The notes under the pieces are model-generated. The model searched no databases and had not been told where the DNA came from. It saw nothing but the letters and a program-made list of their open reading frames with translations. DNA of 64,000 nt from the human T2T-CHM13v2.0 reference genome, Homo sapiens. The DNA lies in NCBI RefSeq assembly GCF_009914755.1, contig NC_060933.1. The stretch is one strand, 5' to 3'. The translations under genes and the position numbers were made by a program. Positions 17,460 through 33,587 of this stretch are shown piece after piece; the first letter of the stretch is position 1, and each line of letters begins with the position of its first letter.

Positions 17460-18223
17460 GCAGTAATTGTATCAACTTACATTGTTTCTTTCTACCTCTC
17501 TATTTTTAGTTCAGAGCCCTTTGGATGAGACAGGCGTTTCTGAACAAAGGCATTCTTCCAGACTTAATTAGGTTCCCTCTTCTAGGGTTAAGTGCTTAAT
17601 CTTTGCAGCATCTTAAAACGGTAAAAACTAAATTCTATTCTTTGATGCCATCTATGTAATCAGTGGTTAACTTTCACACGCTTCTTTCCTGTTGGAATAA
17701 TAGATGAAAAGACCAAGCGTGGCTTTAAGTCCTTCTGTTTTATAATTCCTGGACACATTTCTCAAATTTCTGCTGCAGGTTTTCTTGTTATCCCATAATC
17801 TTGACAGGTTTTCTCTCACCTCTTGGATTCCTGCTGTCAGACCTTGTTAGGCTTGTTAATTTTCTGTATAGCATGGAATGATGGTTTTCTAGAAGGTTCT
17901 GACAAACCCTTACTCTCATTTATCTTATTGCTCCTCTGGTACAGAATCTTTCATTCCTCTCCTATGTTCCCTTGTATCTTTTTTTCCCCCTAAATTACCT
18001 CCCTTAATTCCAAGTGGGTGGAAGGAAAAGGAATGGAATTTGGTCTTAAAGGATGAATAATGACTTCGTTGGAATATCAGTAAAGGAACTCTAGTCTGCG
18101 GGAATGGTACGAGCAAACACATAGAAGTGTGAAATGTGTAATGTGTTTGGCAAAAGTGGTTTGGGATGGCTGGAGTGTGTGTTTATCTCTAGTGTGAAGT
18201 CTGGCCAGAAAGGTAGATTGTGA

Positions 18224-18544
<321 letters not shown>

Positions 18545-19603
18545 TAGTTCTAGGGTTATGGAAGTCTGTACTTTGGTCTCATAATATTTTTGTTTCTCTG
18601 GTGTAGAAATTATTTTGTTATGTTTTACATACTAGTTGAAAGCAAGAGTCTGTTTTTATTTTTTCCTCATCTTCAACAGTATCTAATAGAGTAGCTTGCA
18701 CATAATAAGAGTTCAAAGTTGAGTTGAATTGAATTCTGATAAAATGGTTTAATTTTCCCAAGAAAATCTAGAAGCCTGGACTCTTTCTACTGAATTAATC
18801 AAAAGGAGAAAATACATAACTTTTTTAATTGTACACCTTATATGAGTCTGTACTGTAGATATTCATTTTTTTGTCTTCTTTATATCTCCTACCTCACTTT
18901 TCCTTTTTGTAATATGTAATCACCACAACAGGCAGTCTTGGGATCAAGGAGAGGGGCTTGGGAGATATTTAACTCCTCAGTATCTCCATCAAGTCCCCAT
19001 TCTTTGATAGGACAGTTAATCTTTTCATAATCTTCAATGCAGTGCTATGCAGAGGCATGTTCTTGTACCTCCTTCCAATCAGAGAACTGCGTGTGTCCCT
19101 CAATGCAGAAAATCTGGAACCACCATCAAGAACAAACTTATATACCTTTGAGAAAGGCTGAGAGAAAAAAAAAAAAGCCGTATGTATTAGGTATCACTAT
19201 TCTCTTTACAGGTGAAAAAGCTGATTCATAAAGGTTAAAGGTCTAAGATTATTTAGCTAGTAAGCAAATGAGTTGGAATTAGAACACAGGTCTTATATTA
19301 TTTTCTTTCCTCTATTTTTTAGGTATCCCAAATTCCACTTAAGGTTGATGAATGGCCTACTGGTCAGTTGAAAAAATTCAATTTGTGTAGCATTGTCTAG
19401 CACAAATGCTGAAAGTAGGTCTCCTCATCTGCTAAGGGATATAAGCAAATTCAAAGCCTCTGGCCTTTCTTGTGACACATGCATGAAAGTAGGTAATAAA
19501 AAGAAAAGTAAATATTATTTTATGCCACAGTAAGTATAATGTTAAAATAATTTCAGTACGTTTAATTTTCTTTCATATATATATATATATGTATGTATAT
19601 ATA

Positions 19604-19931
<328 letters not shown>

Positions 19932-22261
19932 TAGAGTATGAGTGACCAAAATCTATTTCTAAAACATAGAGTTATTGGTGAATTAGAAGGGGGTGGATGT
20001 TATTCCTTATTGTCAACATGGTTCATGTAGACTGTGGAGATGAATGGATTACATTTGGCTTTTATTAATGCTTACAAGCTGTATTTTTCCTTTTTTGCTT
20101 TTTTCTAGTTCTTATTGAACAGGATTGATTTGAAAAATTCACATGTAAACTCAGGATGCTGGGCTCTTATATCATTTCATGGTGGATGATTTGTGTAAAA
20201 TTGCAACTGAGTGAATTTCATTCAAGCAGTAGGAATCTTGAAGATGTGAGTCCATTACTAGCAAATGTTATGTTCTGAGTATATTGTCTGAGTTTTTTTT
20301 TTTACCTGCAGTCACAGAGCAGTGACAGTTCATACCATTGTACATAGCCGTATCATACTTCATTAAGCAGTTTTGTATTGCTCTAAAATCACTGTTTTTG
20401 CTTTTTTCCTCAACAATATGTGTCTGAGTTTTTTTTCTCTTAGTAGGATTAATAATAATCTACTTTCCCTGGCTGTGATGCTCTTTAGAGATCAAACAGC
20501 ATTTCTAAGTTGCAAGGAATCTTCCACCCTGTTGTCTTCTGCTTTTACACACCCACACAGTCACATGTTAATGAATGTGATAGTTCTGTAGGTTATTATT
20601 TCTTTATGCATATAAATATGTTTCATGGTACTTAAAGACAGGGTAGGGTAGTAATACTGACACTGATGTTAGAGGGAAAAGTAGTGAATAAAGCCAATAA
20701 AAAAACCAGTAAAGGATATATCCATCTGTGAGGTTTTGCTTATGCTCATTATAGCAAACTCTTCATTCATTCACTAGATAAACCACTAATTCGCATTTTA
20801 CCAGATGTTCCCCTTAAGCAATATGAAGCTACTCCTTTTCCGCTTTGATTCTATTTTGCAATATATCTTTTCTATCAGCATTAGATTCAAAGTTACCCCT
20901 GGACTGTGCCCTCAGTTTACTCATCTGGCCTTTGTCACTGAACAAGAATTGTACTCGTGGAGGTGTATTGGCCTTTTTGAATGAGCGTCTTCACTCCTGC
21001 CTCACTGCTTTTACTTATGATGTTCTTGTTTGGAATTTTTCTTCCTCCTATCTGAATCCTATCCTGATGAGCCAGTTCATATTCCCTCCTTTCAAGAAGC
21101 CTTCCTCTTCAGTCCACACTGACCACCTCCTTCTCTGAACACAGCATAAATTACCTTGGCTATTGTTAACTAAGTGTTTCATGTCACCTACCTATAGAAA
21201 TATTGAATCTTTTAAAGCATAGGATGAGGACCTATCATTCTGATCATGAAACAAGTTCTTCTGCCCAGAATTTAATAACATATTGTTGAACAGTATGGGT
21301 AGAGTAAATAACAGTAACACAACTATGTATCCATTGTTTACTTATTTGCTATATGTAGTGGTATGTATTTTACATATACCGTGGTTAACCTCACAACTGT
21401 TACAGGTGAGGAAAATAAGGCACACATAGATAGGGTTAAGTGATTTGCCTGTGTCATGTAGTAGCTTCTTTTTAGTAGAGCCAGGAACTCTTAGTTATCT
21501 CATCCATTCCAATCTGTGAGTTTCTCAGGTGTTTCTATCTTTCATAACCTTGATCCTATTGAAAAGTAAGCACCTGTACTTTTAGAGCAATTATATAATT
21601 TGAAATCCACACATGTGGACCCATGTGAAGTTTAAATTCTTAACAATAATGATATAAAACAGTTCAATAGTATTATGATTTCAAATTTAATTTGAAGTCA
21701 GTTTGAAAAATAATAAATTTTTTTCTTCAGAAGTACAAAGTTAAAGGCTTGGAGCTAGTCTTGACAGGAGAGTAGTGTTTAAGAAACAACTATACAACCG
21801 TAGCATGTATTAGGGAGGCCTATCTCAATTTGTTGTAATGCTAGATTTACATCACAGATGGTAGCTTCAGCTTTGATTTTAGCTCTTTCATGGAAAATAA
21901 TGTGTTTTACAGCATCAGGGATTGTAAACAAGTTCCAAAGTTGAGTGCATTTCAGAAGTTTTGGCATAGCTCTAAGCTTAGTAAATTCATCTTCAGAATG
22001 TCATGAATATTGAGTTTTTGTTGGTCATATTTTGCTTTCAGCTCTTGAATTTTGTTCATGAAAATGTGAGCCATGCAATGGGATAAATGCTTGGTAATTC
22101 AGGCCTGTCCCTGAGGGATCCACCTTGGAGGTAAACACAGACAATGAAAGTGTGATTCCTTATAAAATTTGTAACCTTCTTTTGAAATTGAGTTCTAGGA
22201 AATATTCTCAAAGTTTTAAATTTAGTGATTCTGTTGAGTTTGAGGATTGGTCAGCTTATGA

Positions 22262-22716
<455 letters not shown>

Positions 22717-22974
22717 TGGAAGAACAATCTTAGAGTCACCAGGGCGTCTGACAAGTTGAGCCACTCCAAGCCCTTTAATTCCAAGTGTCCTTGATCTGAG
22801 GAAGCAGCTTAATAAATCTCTTGAACAGGTTTTCACAGCCTAGCCATATGACTGCATTAAAATAAAGTCAACTTCTTTATACCTCTTCAAATATTTCTTG
22901 GATTTGTGAAGATTAAGGTGACTGAAGAGTCACAATCTCAATCTGTCACTGCTTTCATCATGTCATGCAGTGAA

Positions 22975-23175
22975 CCTGATTCATTCATTCAGTAAGTAGT
23001 TTTTGAGATTTCTATGCCCTAGGAACTATTCTATGTACTGGGGATACAGCAAAGAACACCAAGCTTACTTATTTTTTAAGGGGACTAAACAGAGACACAG
23101 GTAAAATATACAGTATAGCAGATGAAGATATGTACTGTTTTGGAGAAAATTAAGTTAGGAAACGGGGATGGGGAG

Positions 23176-23225
<50 letters not shown>

Positions 23226-23860
23226 CTGCAGTTTACAATAGGGTTGTCACGAAAAGCCTCACTGGGATGAGGGGGCAAACAAACTTGATATTTAAGAAAG
23301 GAACATTCCAGGCAGAAGGAATAGCAAGTGCAAAAGTCAGGAGGCAATCCTGAGAGCTCAGTAGCATCAAGAAAACCAGAGTGGTCTGAGAAGTGGAAGG
23401 AAGGGAACAGCAGGTCCAGGCTATTTTGTGCCCAAGCATCTAGGGTGTTGTTCCAAGCCATTATAAAAACTTGACTTTTGTTCTGCATGTGACAGGAAGA
23501 TATTATGGGGTTTCGAGCAGAGGAGTAATAAGATCTGGCTTTCCAATCACGTTATTGAAACTAGTGTTGAGGGGACACGGGTGGAAGCAGATAGAAGGCT
23601 ATTGCAGTAATAGAGGTGACAGATAATGGTGACTTGAACGAGAGTGGTAGCAGTGGAGAACTGATAGGACGTGGTCAGATTCTGGCCATATTTGGAAGAC
23701 AGAGCCATCAGCATTTTCTGATGAACTGGATAGATGCTGTGAGAAAGTGGCAATAAGGTTTTCAGTCTGAACACCTGAAGGTGGAATTACTGTTTACTGA
23801 AGTAGGGAAGGCTGTTGGTGGAGCAGGTTGTGTAGAATATCAGGAGTTGGTAATAGATGT
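22975..23860 (-). mobile_element. L2
   Basis: Starts ttcattcattca (reverse of the L2 tail); gaacattccaggcagaagg, gaaggctattgcagtaat and gattctggccatatttggaag are L2 motifs. Confidence 0.8.
23178..23219 (+). repeat. (GT)~21 microsatellite
   Basis: Perfect dinucleotide run. Confidence 0.97.
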
Positions 23861-24596
23861 GTGTTGTGGATGAGACAATGGAACGTGAGTGTGGTCAGCC
23901 TCATCTCTTGAATACACTTCAGAAATTTGCACAACCCTCTCTTTACTGCAGTTACTCCATTCATGATAATGATTTAAACTTTTCAGTGTCTAAATCAAGT
24001 GTCTTAGATTCCCTGATGGCAGGTACTCGTGCCTGTTAGCTAACTGGGTTTCAAAGAAAATCTCAAATCTCAAGCAGGCCACACTCTGGTAAGCAGGTAG
24101 CACAAGATCCAGTGGTTCTATGGGGAGCCAAATGTTTCTGCTGCCACACCATATAGGTGAACCTGGAAAAAACAAGCAAACAAAAACAGAATAAAATGGA
24201 AGCCTCAACAATAATTGAAAAATACAATAAACAACCCATGTTTGCAAAATCAGGCACTGAAAACAATAGGGCTGATGGGAGTTGGGACGGACCAACTAAA
24301 ACTGAGGAACTTTGTAAACCAAGTAGCCTAATAGGGCTTGGTCCTTCCCATGTAACCAAGTAGTGCATGGGAAGTACTCAAAAAATGTTAGTGGCAGTTC
24401 TGTTGTTGACACAAGAGTACTAAAAAACAAAATAAAACAAGAGCCAGCACAGTCAACTCTAACTGGTACTTGTTTCCAGTATCACAGTCAGAAAATTCTG
24501 TGTAGCTGTAAACCCTGGGGCTCATGCTTTCTTCTTTGGGAAATAGGTGTTAGAGGGTATTTTGCTTCCAATAGAGACCATTTGGATAAAAATTGA

Positions 24597-25326
<730 letters not shown>

Positions 25327-25720
25327 TAGAAGGAAAGTATAGTGGTTTTTGAAGCCACTGAATCAGCTACCACATATGCTAAAGTAAGTCACTTCTGTAG
25401 ACTTTCAGCTTTTTTTTCCGCCTTTAAGGTCATCTTATATTGCCAAGGCTTTCTCTTTAATCATGAGAAAACTTGTCTATGCTTGAAAACATTATTATGC
25501 TGAGAAAAATTGCATGTGAGCCAATGTGACTTCACCATTATGCCAACAGCATTCATCTGTTGCCAGTCAGATATGAGGTAATGCTTGTCAAAGAAACTGC
25601 AGCAGAACAAACTGTGCTGCTGACCTAGGACTCCTTAGATTTGCCCTTCAACCCGGGAACCAAACTCAGATCTACCTCCTTATTGATAGTCTAGGATTTT
25701 TCAGTTTAAAATAGGTATTC

Positions 25721-25807
25721 CCCGGGAGGCGGAGCTTGCAGTGAGCTGAGATCGCACCACTGCACTCCAGCCTGGGCGACAAAGCAAGACTCAAAAAAAA
25801 AAAAAAA
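25721..25807 (+). mobile_element. 5'-truncated AluY fragment with A-tail
   Basis: cccgggaggcggagcttgcagtgagc...actc(A)n, flanked by an aggtattc TSD. Confidence 0.88.
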
Positions 25808-25906
25808 GGTATTCAGTAAGAACAACTTTAAGTTATTTTAATAATATGCTCAAAAAACATTTGAAAAAGCTCAACATCTATTTTTTTTAAGCCATTTTAA
25901 AACTAG

Positions 25907-26261
<355 letters not shown>

Positions 26262-26319
26262 TCAGTCTTGTACTCGACAGTGATACAGTAGGGCATCTTC
26301 AGTTTACATCAGGAATATA

Positions 26320-27190
26320 TAAACCTTCTATCACCATTAACATTGTTCTAGAAGTTCTAACTCGTGCAATAATCCACCATACCAAAGTAAGTATAATGAT
26401 CTGAGAGGAGATAAAATACAAAAAAAAGAAAATCAACTAAAAATTACAAGTGCTGTATTTGGTAAGTATACAAAAATCAGTATCTTTCTCAAGTGTTAGC
26501 AATAACCAGTTAGAAACATGTAGCATAAAAAAATCCCATTTATCAAAGCGTCAGCAAATATAAAATTAGAAATAACCCTAACAAATATGTCCAGTTGAAA
26601 TGAAGAAAACTATAAAACTTTTCTTGAGGTTTTTAAAATAAATAAATGAACTAGAGGGACATACATTGTTTCTGAATACAAAAACTAGAATATTGAGATG
26701 TCACTGTTCCAATTAAATTTAACGTGATTTGAGTAAAATTGACAAAATGATTTACAAAATGATTCTAAGCAAGAAGCATAAAGGGAGGACTAATATCAAA
26801 ATTAAAAAATAGTGGTCAACACTGTGTTGCAGTTTAGCAATAATGGTCATGAGTTGAGGTATTGGAGGTAGAGTATAGGATTCCAGGTCTAGCTCTGATT
26901 TATCAGCCACATGACTATGGCCCAGGTACCTAATGTCTTCAAGGATAACTTTACTCACCTGTAAAGTGTAGGATTAAATGAGATAAAGAGTTGAGCAAAT
27001 TGCTGGTGCTTGGGAAGTACTCAAAAAGATGTTAGTTGCTATTTTGTTGTTGACCAAAAGTTAATGGAAGGTAATAGTCTACACATAGACCATAGTATAA
27101 ATAAGAATTTATTATTTGTTAAATTAGCTGTTCTGAATTAACAGTATTACTCACACTATACGTCAAAATAAATTCCATGAAACCATAAAC
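26320..27190 (+). mobile_element. Old L1ME ORF2 fragments, interrupted by a MIR (~26830-27050)
   Basis: aacattgttctagaagttcta, tacaaaaatcagta, aaaactataaaact and aaataaattcca L1 motifs. Confidence 0.65.
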
Positions 27191-27329
27191 AGGTATTAAT
27201 AGAAGAAAACAGTATTAAATAGCTGAAGAGCTTTAAAGTGTTGAGACAAGGTCTAAAGTCAAGTTGATTTGGCTGTACAAAAATTTGTTTCCACAAAAAG
27301 AAAAACAAATTGGGTAACAAACTGAGGCA

Positions 27330-27545
27330 CAAGTAGTGTTGTATTGGTGTTTAACAACCAGCTCTCCAAGTGAAGAAAAAAAATCCAGATTTGCTACATT
27401 TGCTGATTTCCATGGTGTATATACTCCCACTATGACTAATTTTAAGCTACCGATGTAAAGTCCATGAGCAGAAGTTAGGAAGAAATGTTCAAGGTTGTCT
27501 CTCATGAGCTGGTGTGAGTCAATGTGAGATCACTGCAGCACACAA
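27330..27545. mobile_element. MER63-like hAT DNA transposon
   Basis: tttaacaaccagctctc...tttgctgatttccatggtgtatatactcccactatg...aagctacc. Confidence 0.65.
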
Positions 27546-29148
27546 ATGGCACAGACATGGCAGGACATGCTGAGAAACCCTCTTAAGATCACCCAGCCCA
27601 CCGAGGTGAACCTGTGACTCCCAGGCCAGAGCACATTCCTTTTTGTAGTTGCCTTCCCCAGGAAGCATAAGATAGACATAACAGAGCAAAAAATTCACTG
27701 TTGTCATGGAGAGCACCTTGAGGGAGCTGGACCTGTAGATGCTCTCAGTAGAGAAATCCCTGTAGGGTGGCTGGGGCGTACCCTGGGAGCAGCCTCTTTG
27801 GGAACAAAGTCATACAATGACTGAAGATTAAGGAGAGGGGTGTTGCTAGGCAAATGCTCTGGACCAGAACAGAGATGTTCCTCTGGTGCCTTCTTTTCTT
27901 TCCGAAACCTATGATATTCTTGGCAGTGGCACATGTGTTTTACTCTCTTCCTTGATAAGGTGCTTATAGTCTTTCTCTTTGTTTTTTTACTATCTTTTTG
28001 ATATTATTTAATTATTGCCTATAATAGTTTTCATAAATGTGGTCACCAGAAAGATGAGTCATGGAGGCAGTGGTAGTATATGAATGCATGAAGGGTTGTG
28101 TCTAGGAGTGACGACTAAGGTGATATCTTGTTGTAAAGGATGTGTCTGATACGGGCCAGGCAGACATGATATCGTCTGGAAGGGAGGTTTGAAGGTATAG
28201 AGGCTTGGGGTCCTTTGCCATGTTTGTTGACATAGGGCTTCCATCAGGGGCTTGCACTTTTTATTCTACAGTGGATGACTACTAGCTGGTCATTTCGTAA
28301 CCCAGGCTTACATGTGCCATCTTAAAATGGGTTGTTCCTTTGTGATTGCATCTGTAGTTCTAATAGAAGATCAGCTTATTCTTGGGTGGACTTTGTGGAA
28401 AGAAGCAGGATTTAACTGGCTTTCAGAGAAATGAAGACTTTGTGAATTTGGGAGCCATATTGTTTAAGTTGTATAGTTATTTGAAGCCTGTGACTGAGAA
28501 TCATTACTTAGGGCAGTACAGAAAGAACCAATTGACATGGAGTGGGATGGGGTACAGAGACTGAGGAGAGAAGAAAATAGTTACTTTTGTGGGATTAACA
28601 CAGATTAATTTTACACTGTGAGAAAAGTAGCTGTAACAGACACATAGAAGACTGGCTGGTGGGCAAGATAAATTGCCGTAATTGTATACAAACCAGTGCA
28701 GGTCTGTCTGAGCTTGGGACCTGGCTTTACAAGTGGGATGTCTTAATGACTCATTGGGTGTGGAGGTTTATAGATACATGTGTTTTTAGAGCATTTACTT
28801 ATTCAAGTTAGGCTTATTAGCATTCATTTTTCTTGGTTGCTTTTTTTTTTTTTAAGAACAAATTTAGTATCTCTCATTTGTAGAGCTATTAATTTGATGG
28901 TTCACTGTTCCCCCTCACTTATTTGAGTGTGTCTAATCTAATCACTTTTGATCTTTAGCTGGCTTTCCTTAACTCAGCTTCTGGTGTGCCCATATGTTTT
29001 CTTGTGAATGTTTGCTGATCATGGAATCATTGAATGTCAAAGTTGGAAAGGACTGCAATAGTCTTCTGATCAGACTGTCAATTTGATGTTTGAGTCCTCT
29101 GTGTTATTTCCTTCTCTACTTGCTTCTTAATAATAGATTGGGTCTTGA

Positions 29149-29551
<403 letters not shown>

Positions 29552-30827
29552 TCATACTTAGGGGTAGCTGAAGGTCAGCTGGTTATCTGATGCTGAAATG
29601 TCAGTGCACATTCAGTGGCCCGTGCTGCAGGATACTTCAACCTTTAATTTTAAACCTTGGGCCACAGATGGGAGTTTAGTTGGACTTTGGACCCAAATTG
29701 TAAGGCCAGGTTAAACTCAGCACTCTCATGCTCCTAGGACTTCCTCCATGGTTCTGATCTATTTCCGGGCATGGAGCGGGTGCTGAAGGTTGGTTGATTG
29801 TGGAGAAACAACCTTGTTTTATCCAAAGATAGTAAGGCAAGCCTGCAGATCTAAGAGCTGCTTATTTGTAAATTATACTGAAATGCTAGGAGAAGTTCTC
29901 TGGAAACGGTCTAAATTGTAGTTCTTTAATATTTTCTGCTTGTAGAATTTGAATGGGAAGTACTTGGTGTGGTTTAGGTTTTACCAAGGAAGGCCAGCTG
30001 ATAGCTGTGAAGAGGCGCTCTGCTAAGTGTCATTGACCTTAGAATCCACAAAGCTCTGGGGCTTTGGAGACTTAGAACTTTATTTTGCTAGATTTAAAGT
30101 GTACTCTTCTCTTAACGTAGAATTCATGTAAAACTACATCATAAGACACACCTATCAACCCAGCAGGCTAATTTATTCAAGAATCAACTGACAGGCAGAC
30201 CAGAAATTTTTTGTCAGTTTGGTAAGTGTGAAAGTAAAGCCAAATTATTATTATTTAAGAACTATTACATTTATTCTTAATAGAAAAGTAGTATGGTTAT
30301 TTTTTAAAAATCCAATCCCAATATGTGCGAGTCCTTTCTCATTCCACCTTATGAGATAACAAATGTTAGCAGCTTAGTCTGTATATATTCTTCCCAAGTG
30401 TCTGTAATTGCAATAAGCTCCATTGCTCTATTGCTTTATTTTTCTGTAGTTCTCTAGTTATGTTTTGCACTCCACTTGTCAACCTGTGGAAGGCAAGAGC
30501 ACAGTCAGAAGGTTGCCTGATGACATGGAATCAGATGAAGGGAAGGGGAGTAGGCTGGATGACCCATGGTGCAGCCTCAGTTCAGTAGCCTGAATTGTCT
30601 ATTCAGCAGTAAAAGCACGTCTGCATGAGAAGCTAGGTGCCAGAGTTCACTCTTCTAGGACCCTTTCCCCAACACAGTTTGGAAGGACAGTATCAAGGTT
30701 TATCTGTCACACTTTTATTTTTCACTATAACTACCCAGGTACAAATCCTGGCACCTAATAGGTGCTAAGTAAATAGTAGTATGTGTCTACCTGCCCTATC
30801 CATTTCCTATTTTCTGACAAATACAGT

Positions 30828-30964
30828 CTTTTTTTTTTTTTTTTTTTAAGAGATAGGGTCTCACTTTGTTGCCCAGGCTGGTCTTGAACTCTGAGCTCAA
30901 GCAATCCTCCCACATCAGCCTCCCAAAGTGCTGGGATTATAGGCATGAGCCACTGCACCCGGTC
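30828..30964 (-). mobile_element. Free left Alu monomer (FLAM-C-like)
   Basis: Single arm with poly-T tail; TSD tgacaa(a/g)taca(g/a)tctt. Confidence 0.85.
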
Positions 30965-31384
30965 CTGACAAGTACAATCTTTCTGTAGCTGTGTTTATAC
31001 TGCAGTCTGGTTTTGCCTTGTCACGTGAGTCCTTTGATCTCTATAAGATGATTTTTCTAATTCAGATCTATTTTATGTTATATTTTAGTTGTCTGCAACA
31101 TTATTTACCCTCTTCCCTTGTGTTGCCTACAGAGGGATTGAAAGTCAGCACCTTATCTAGTAATTCTAGTAACTTCTGATTTCTCAGAAACATGATTTTG
31201 TTCATCAAATTTCATTATTACCCAAGTCTTTACCTTAAAGACCTTCCACTTTCATCTCGTATATCTGATGCGGTAGCTATATGAAAAGTGTTGATATGGA
31301 GTCTGTCATGAAGTCAGCAGAACTCTGCAGGTGAAGTGGCCAATGTGGACCCTTTGAAGTGTTTTAATGTGATTTCTTTTATAC

Positions 31385-31775
31385 ATATAACAAATTTATT
31401 GAGATATAATTCATATACCATACAAAATGATTTTTAGTATGTTCATAGAGTTGAATAGCCACCGCCACAATCAGTTTTAGAACATTTTTATCACCTCAAA
31501 AGAAACCCCATACCCATTAGCAGTCATTCCCCATTTCCTCTCAACTCCCACTTTCTGTCTCTATAGATTTGCCTATTCTGGGTATTTCATATACATTGAA
31601 TTATATAATATATGGGCTTTGTGCCTGGTTTCTTTCACTTAGAATGTTTTCAAGGTTCATTCATGTTGTAGCATGTGTGTATCACTACTTCATTCCTTTT
31701 TATTGCAAAATTATATTCTATGGCATGGATGTACCATATTGTGTTTAATCACTCATCAGTTGATGGGCATTGTAT
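31385..31775 (-). mobile_element. L1M 3' end
   Basis: tttattgagatataattcatatacc...ttttagaacatttt...tttgcctattctgg...ttcattcctttttattg. Confidence 0.85.
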
Positions 31776-32072
31776 GTGATTTTTTTAATAGCAAAGTAGC
31801 ACTTTAAGTATTATTGTTTTTGAAATACAATCAAGTGTTTTACAGAATTTAGGTGGAAGTTACAGATGGCTAGGAGGAAACAACAGTTTGTTTCTGCCTG
31901 TTAAATATCACTGCAGGTGTTTTCTTCAAATATCAAGAGTAATATTTGGACATTTGGAAATTACCTTTGAAATCAAAAGACAAAATATGTTAATAACATG
32001 CTATTCTTGGTTATGACCTATAATTTTCCTGTAAGAAAAAGTTAACCATGTAAAAAAAAATAATTTACCCAC

Positions 32073-32717
<645 letters not shown>

Positions 32718-32859
32718 TTAGATAAATTAAGCTGTAGAATGTACTGCGGTATTTTTACTGCAATTCTTACGCCTCTCATTTTCCTCTTTTCCCTCCTTTT
32801 TTCCACATAGTTCATTCCACAGTGTCTACACAGGATATGCTAACCACAGTAAACAGAGC

Positions 32860-33082
32860 GCAGCAAAGTGTCATGGGTCCTGGCCCAACTGTCTGGTTCA
32901 CATTCCTGCTGTAGTACGTACTGACCATTTGAGTTGGGCATATTACTTAACCCCCTTTGTCTCAGTTTCCTCATCAGTAAAATGGGAATAATAACAACAT
33001 CAACTTCATAACACTTGTTCTGAAGAATAAATGAGTTAATACAGGCAAAATGGCACATGGAATATGCTCAATAATATTAGCT
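32860..33082 (+). mobile_element. MIR
   Basis: ttgggcatattacttaac...ctcagtttcctcatcagtaaaatgggaataata. Confidence 0.8.
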
Positions 33083-33281
33083 AAAATCTGTCTCTTTGTA
33101 TGGTATTATGATTTAGTGTTACACAGTCACTTTAAGTACTTGTATAAAACATCATTTTGGTAATAGTCTTAATTTTGATTGATCTATAATCTTTTTCTAC
33201 CTTAATACGTGCAGCTTTTCCTATAATTTCGCCAACCCTCAATTACGAACTCAAATGGGTTGTGTTATAAAAGGGAGGACA

Positions 33282-33587
33282 ACCAGGCACAGTGGCCCAT
33301 GCCTGTAATCCCAGCACTTTGAGAGGCCAGGGCAGGAGGATCACTTAAGGCCAGGAGTTTGAGACCAGCCTGGGCAACATAAACGAGACCCCATCTCTAC
33401 AAAAAATAACAATATCAGCCAGGTATAGCAGTGCATGCCTGTAGTCCTAACTACTCAGGAGGCTAAGGTGGGAGGATTACTTGAGCCCAGAAGTTTGAGG
33501 CTGCAGTGAGCTATGATCCTGTCACTGCGTTGCAGCCTGGGTGACAAAACAGGATTCTCTCTTTAAAAAATAAATAAAATAAAATAT
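33282..33587 (+). mobile_element. AluJ-like (sense)
   Basis: Full dimer; TSD aaagggaggaca. Confidence 0.9.

Noticed and set aside
19323-19529. Possible pseudo-exon or recursive AG/GT site (ttttttAG/GTATCC; donors at 19415 and 19530)
   Set aside because: The regenerated donor is weak, several donors compete, and such motifs are common in long introns.
27693-27720. REST/RE1-like ggagagcacc
   Set aside because: Only the right half-site is present; the left half TTCAGCACC is missing.
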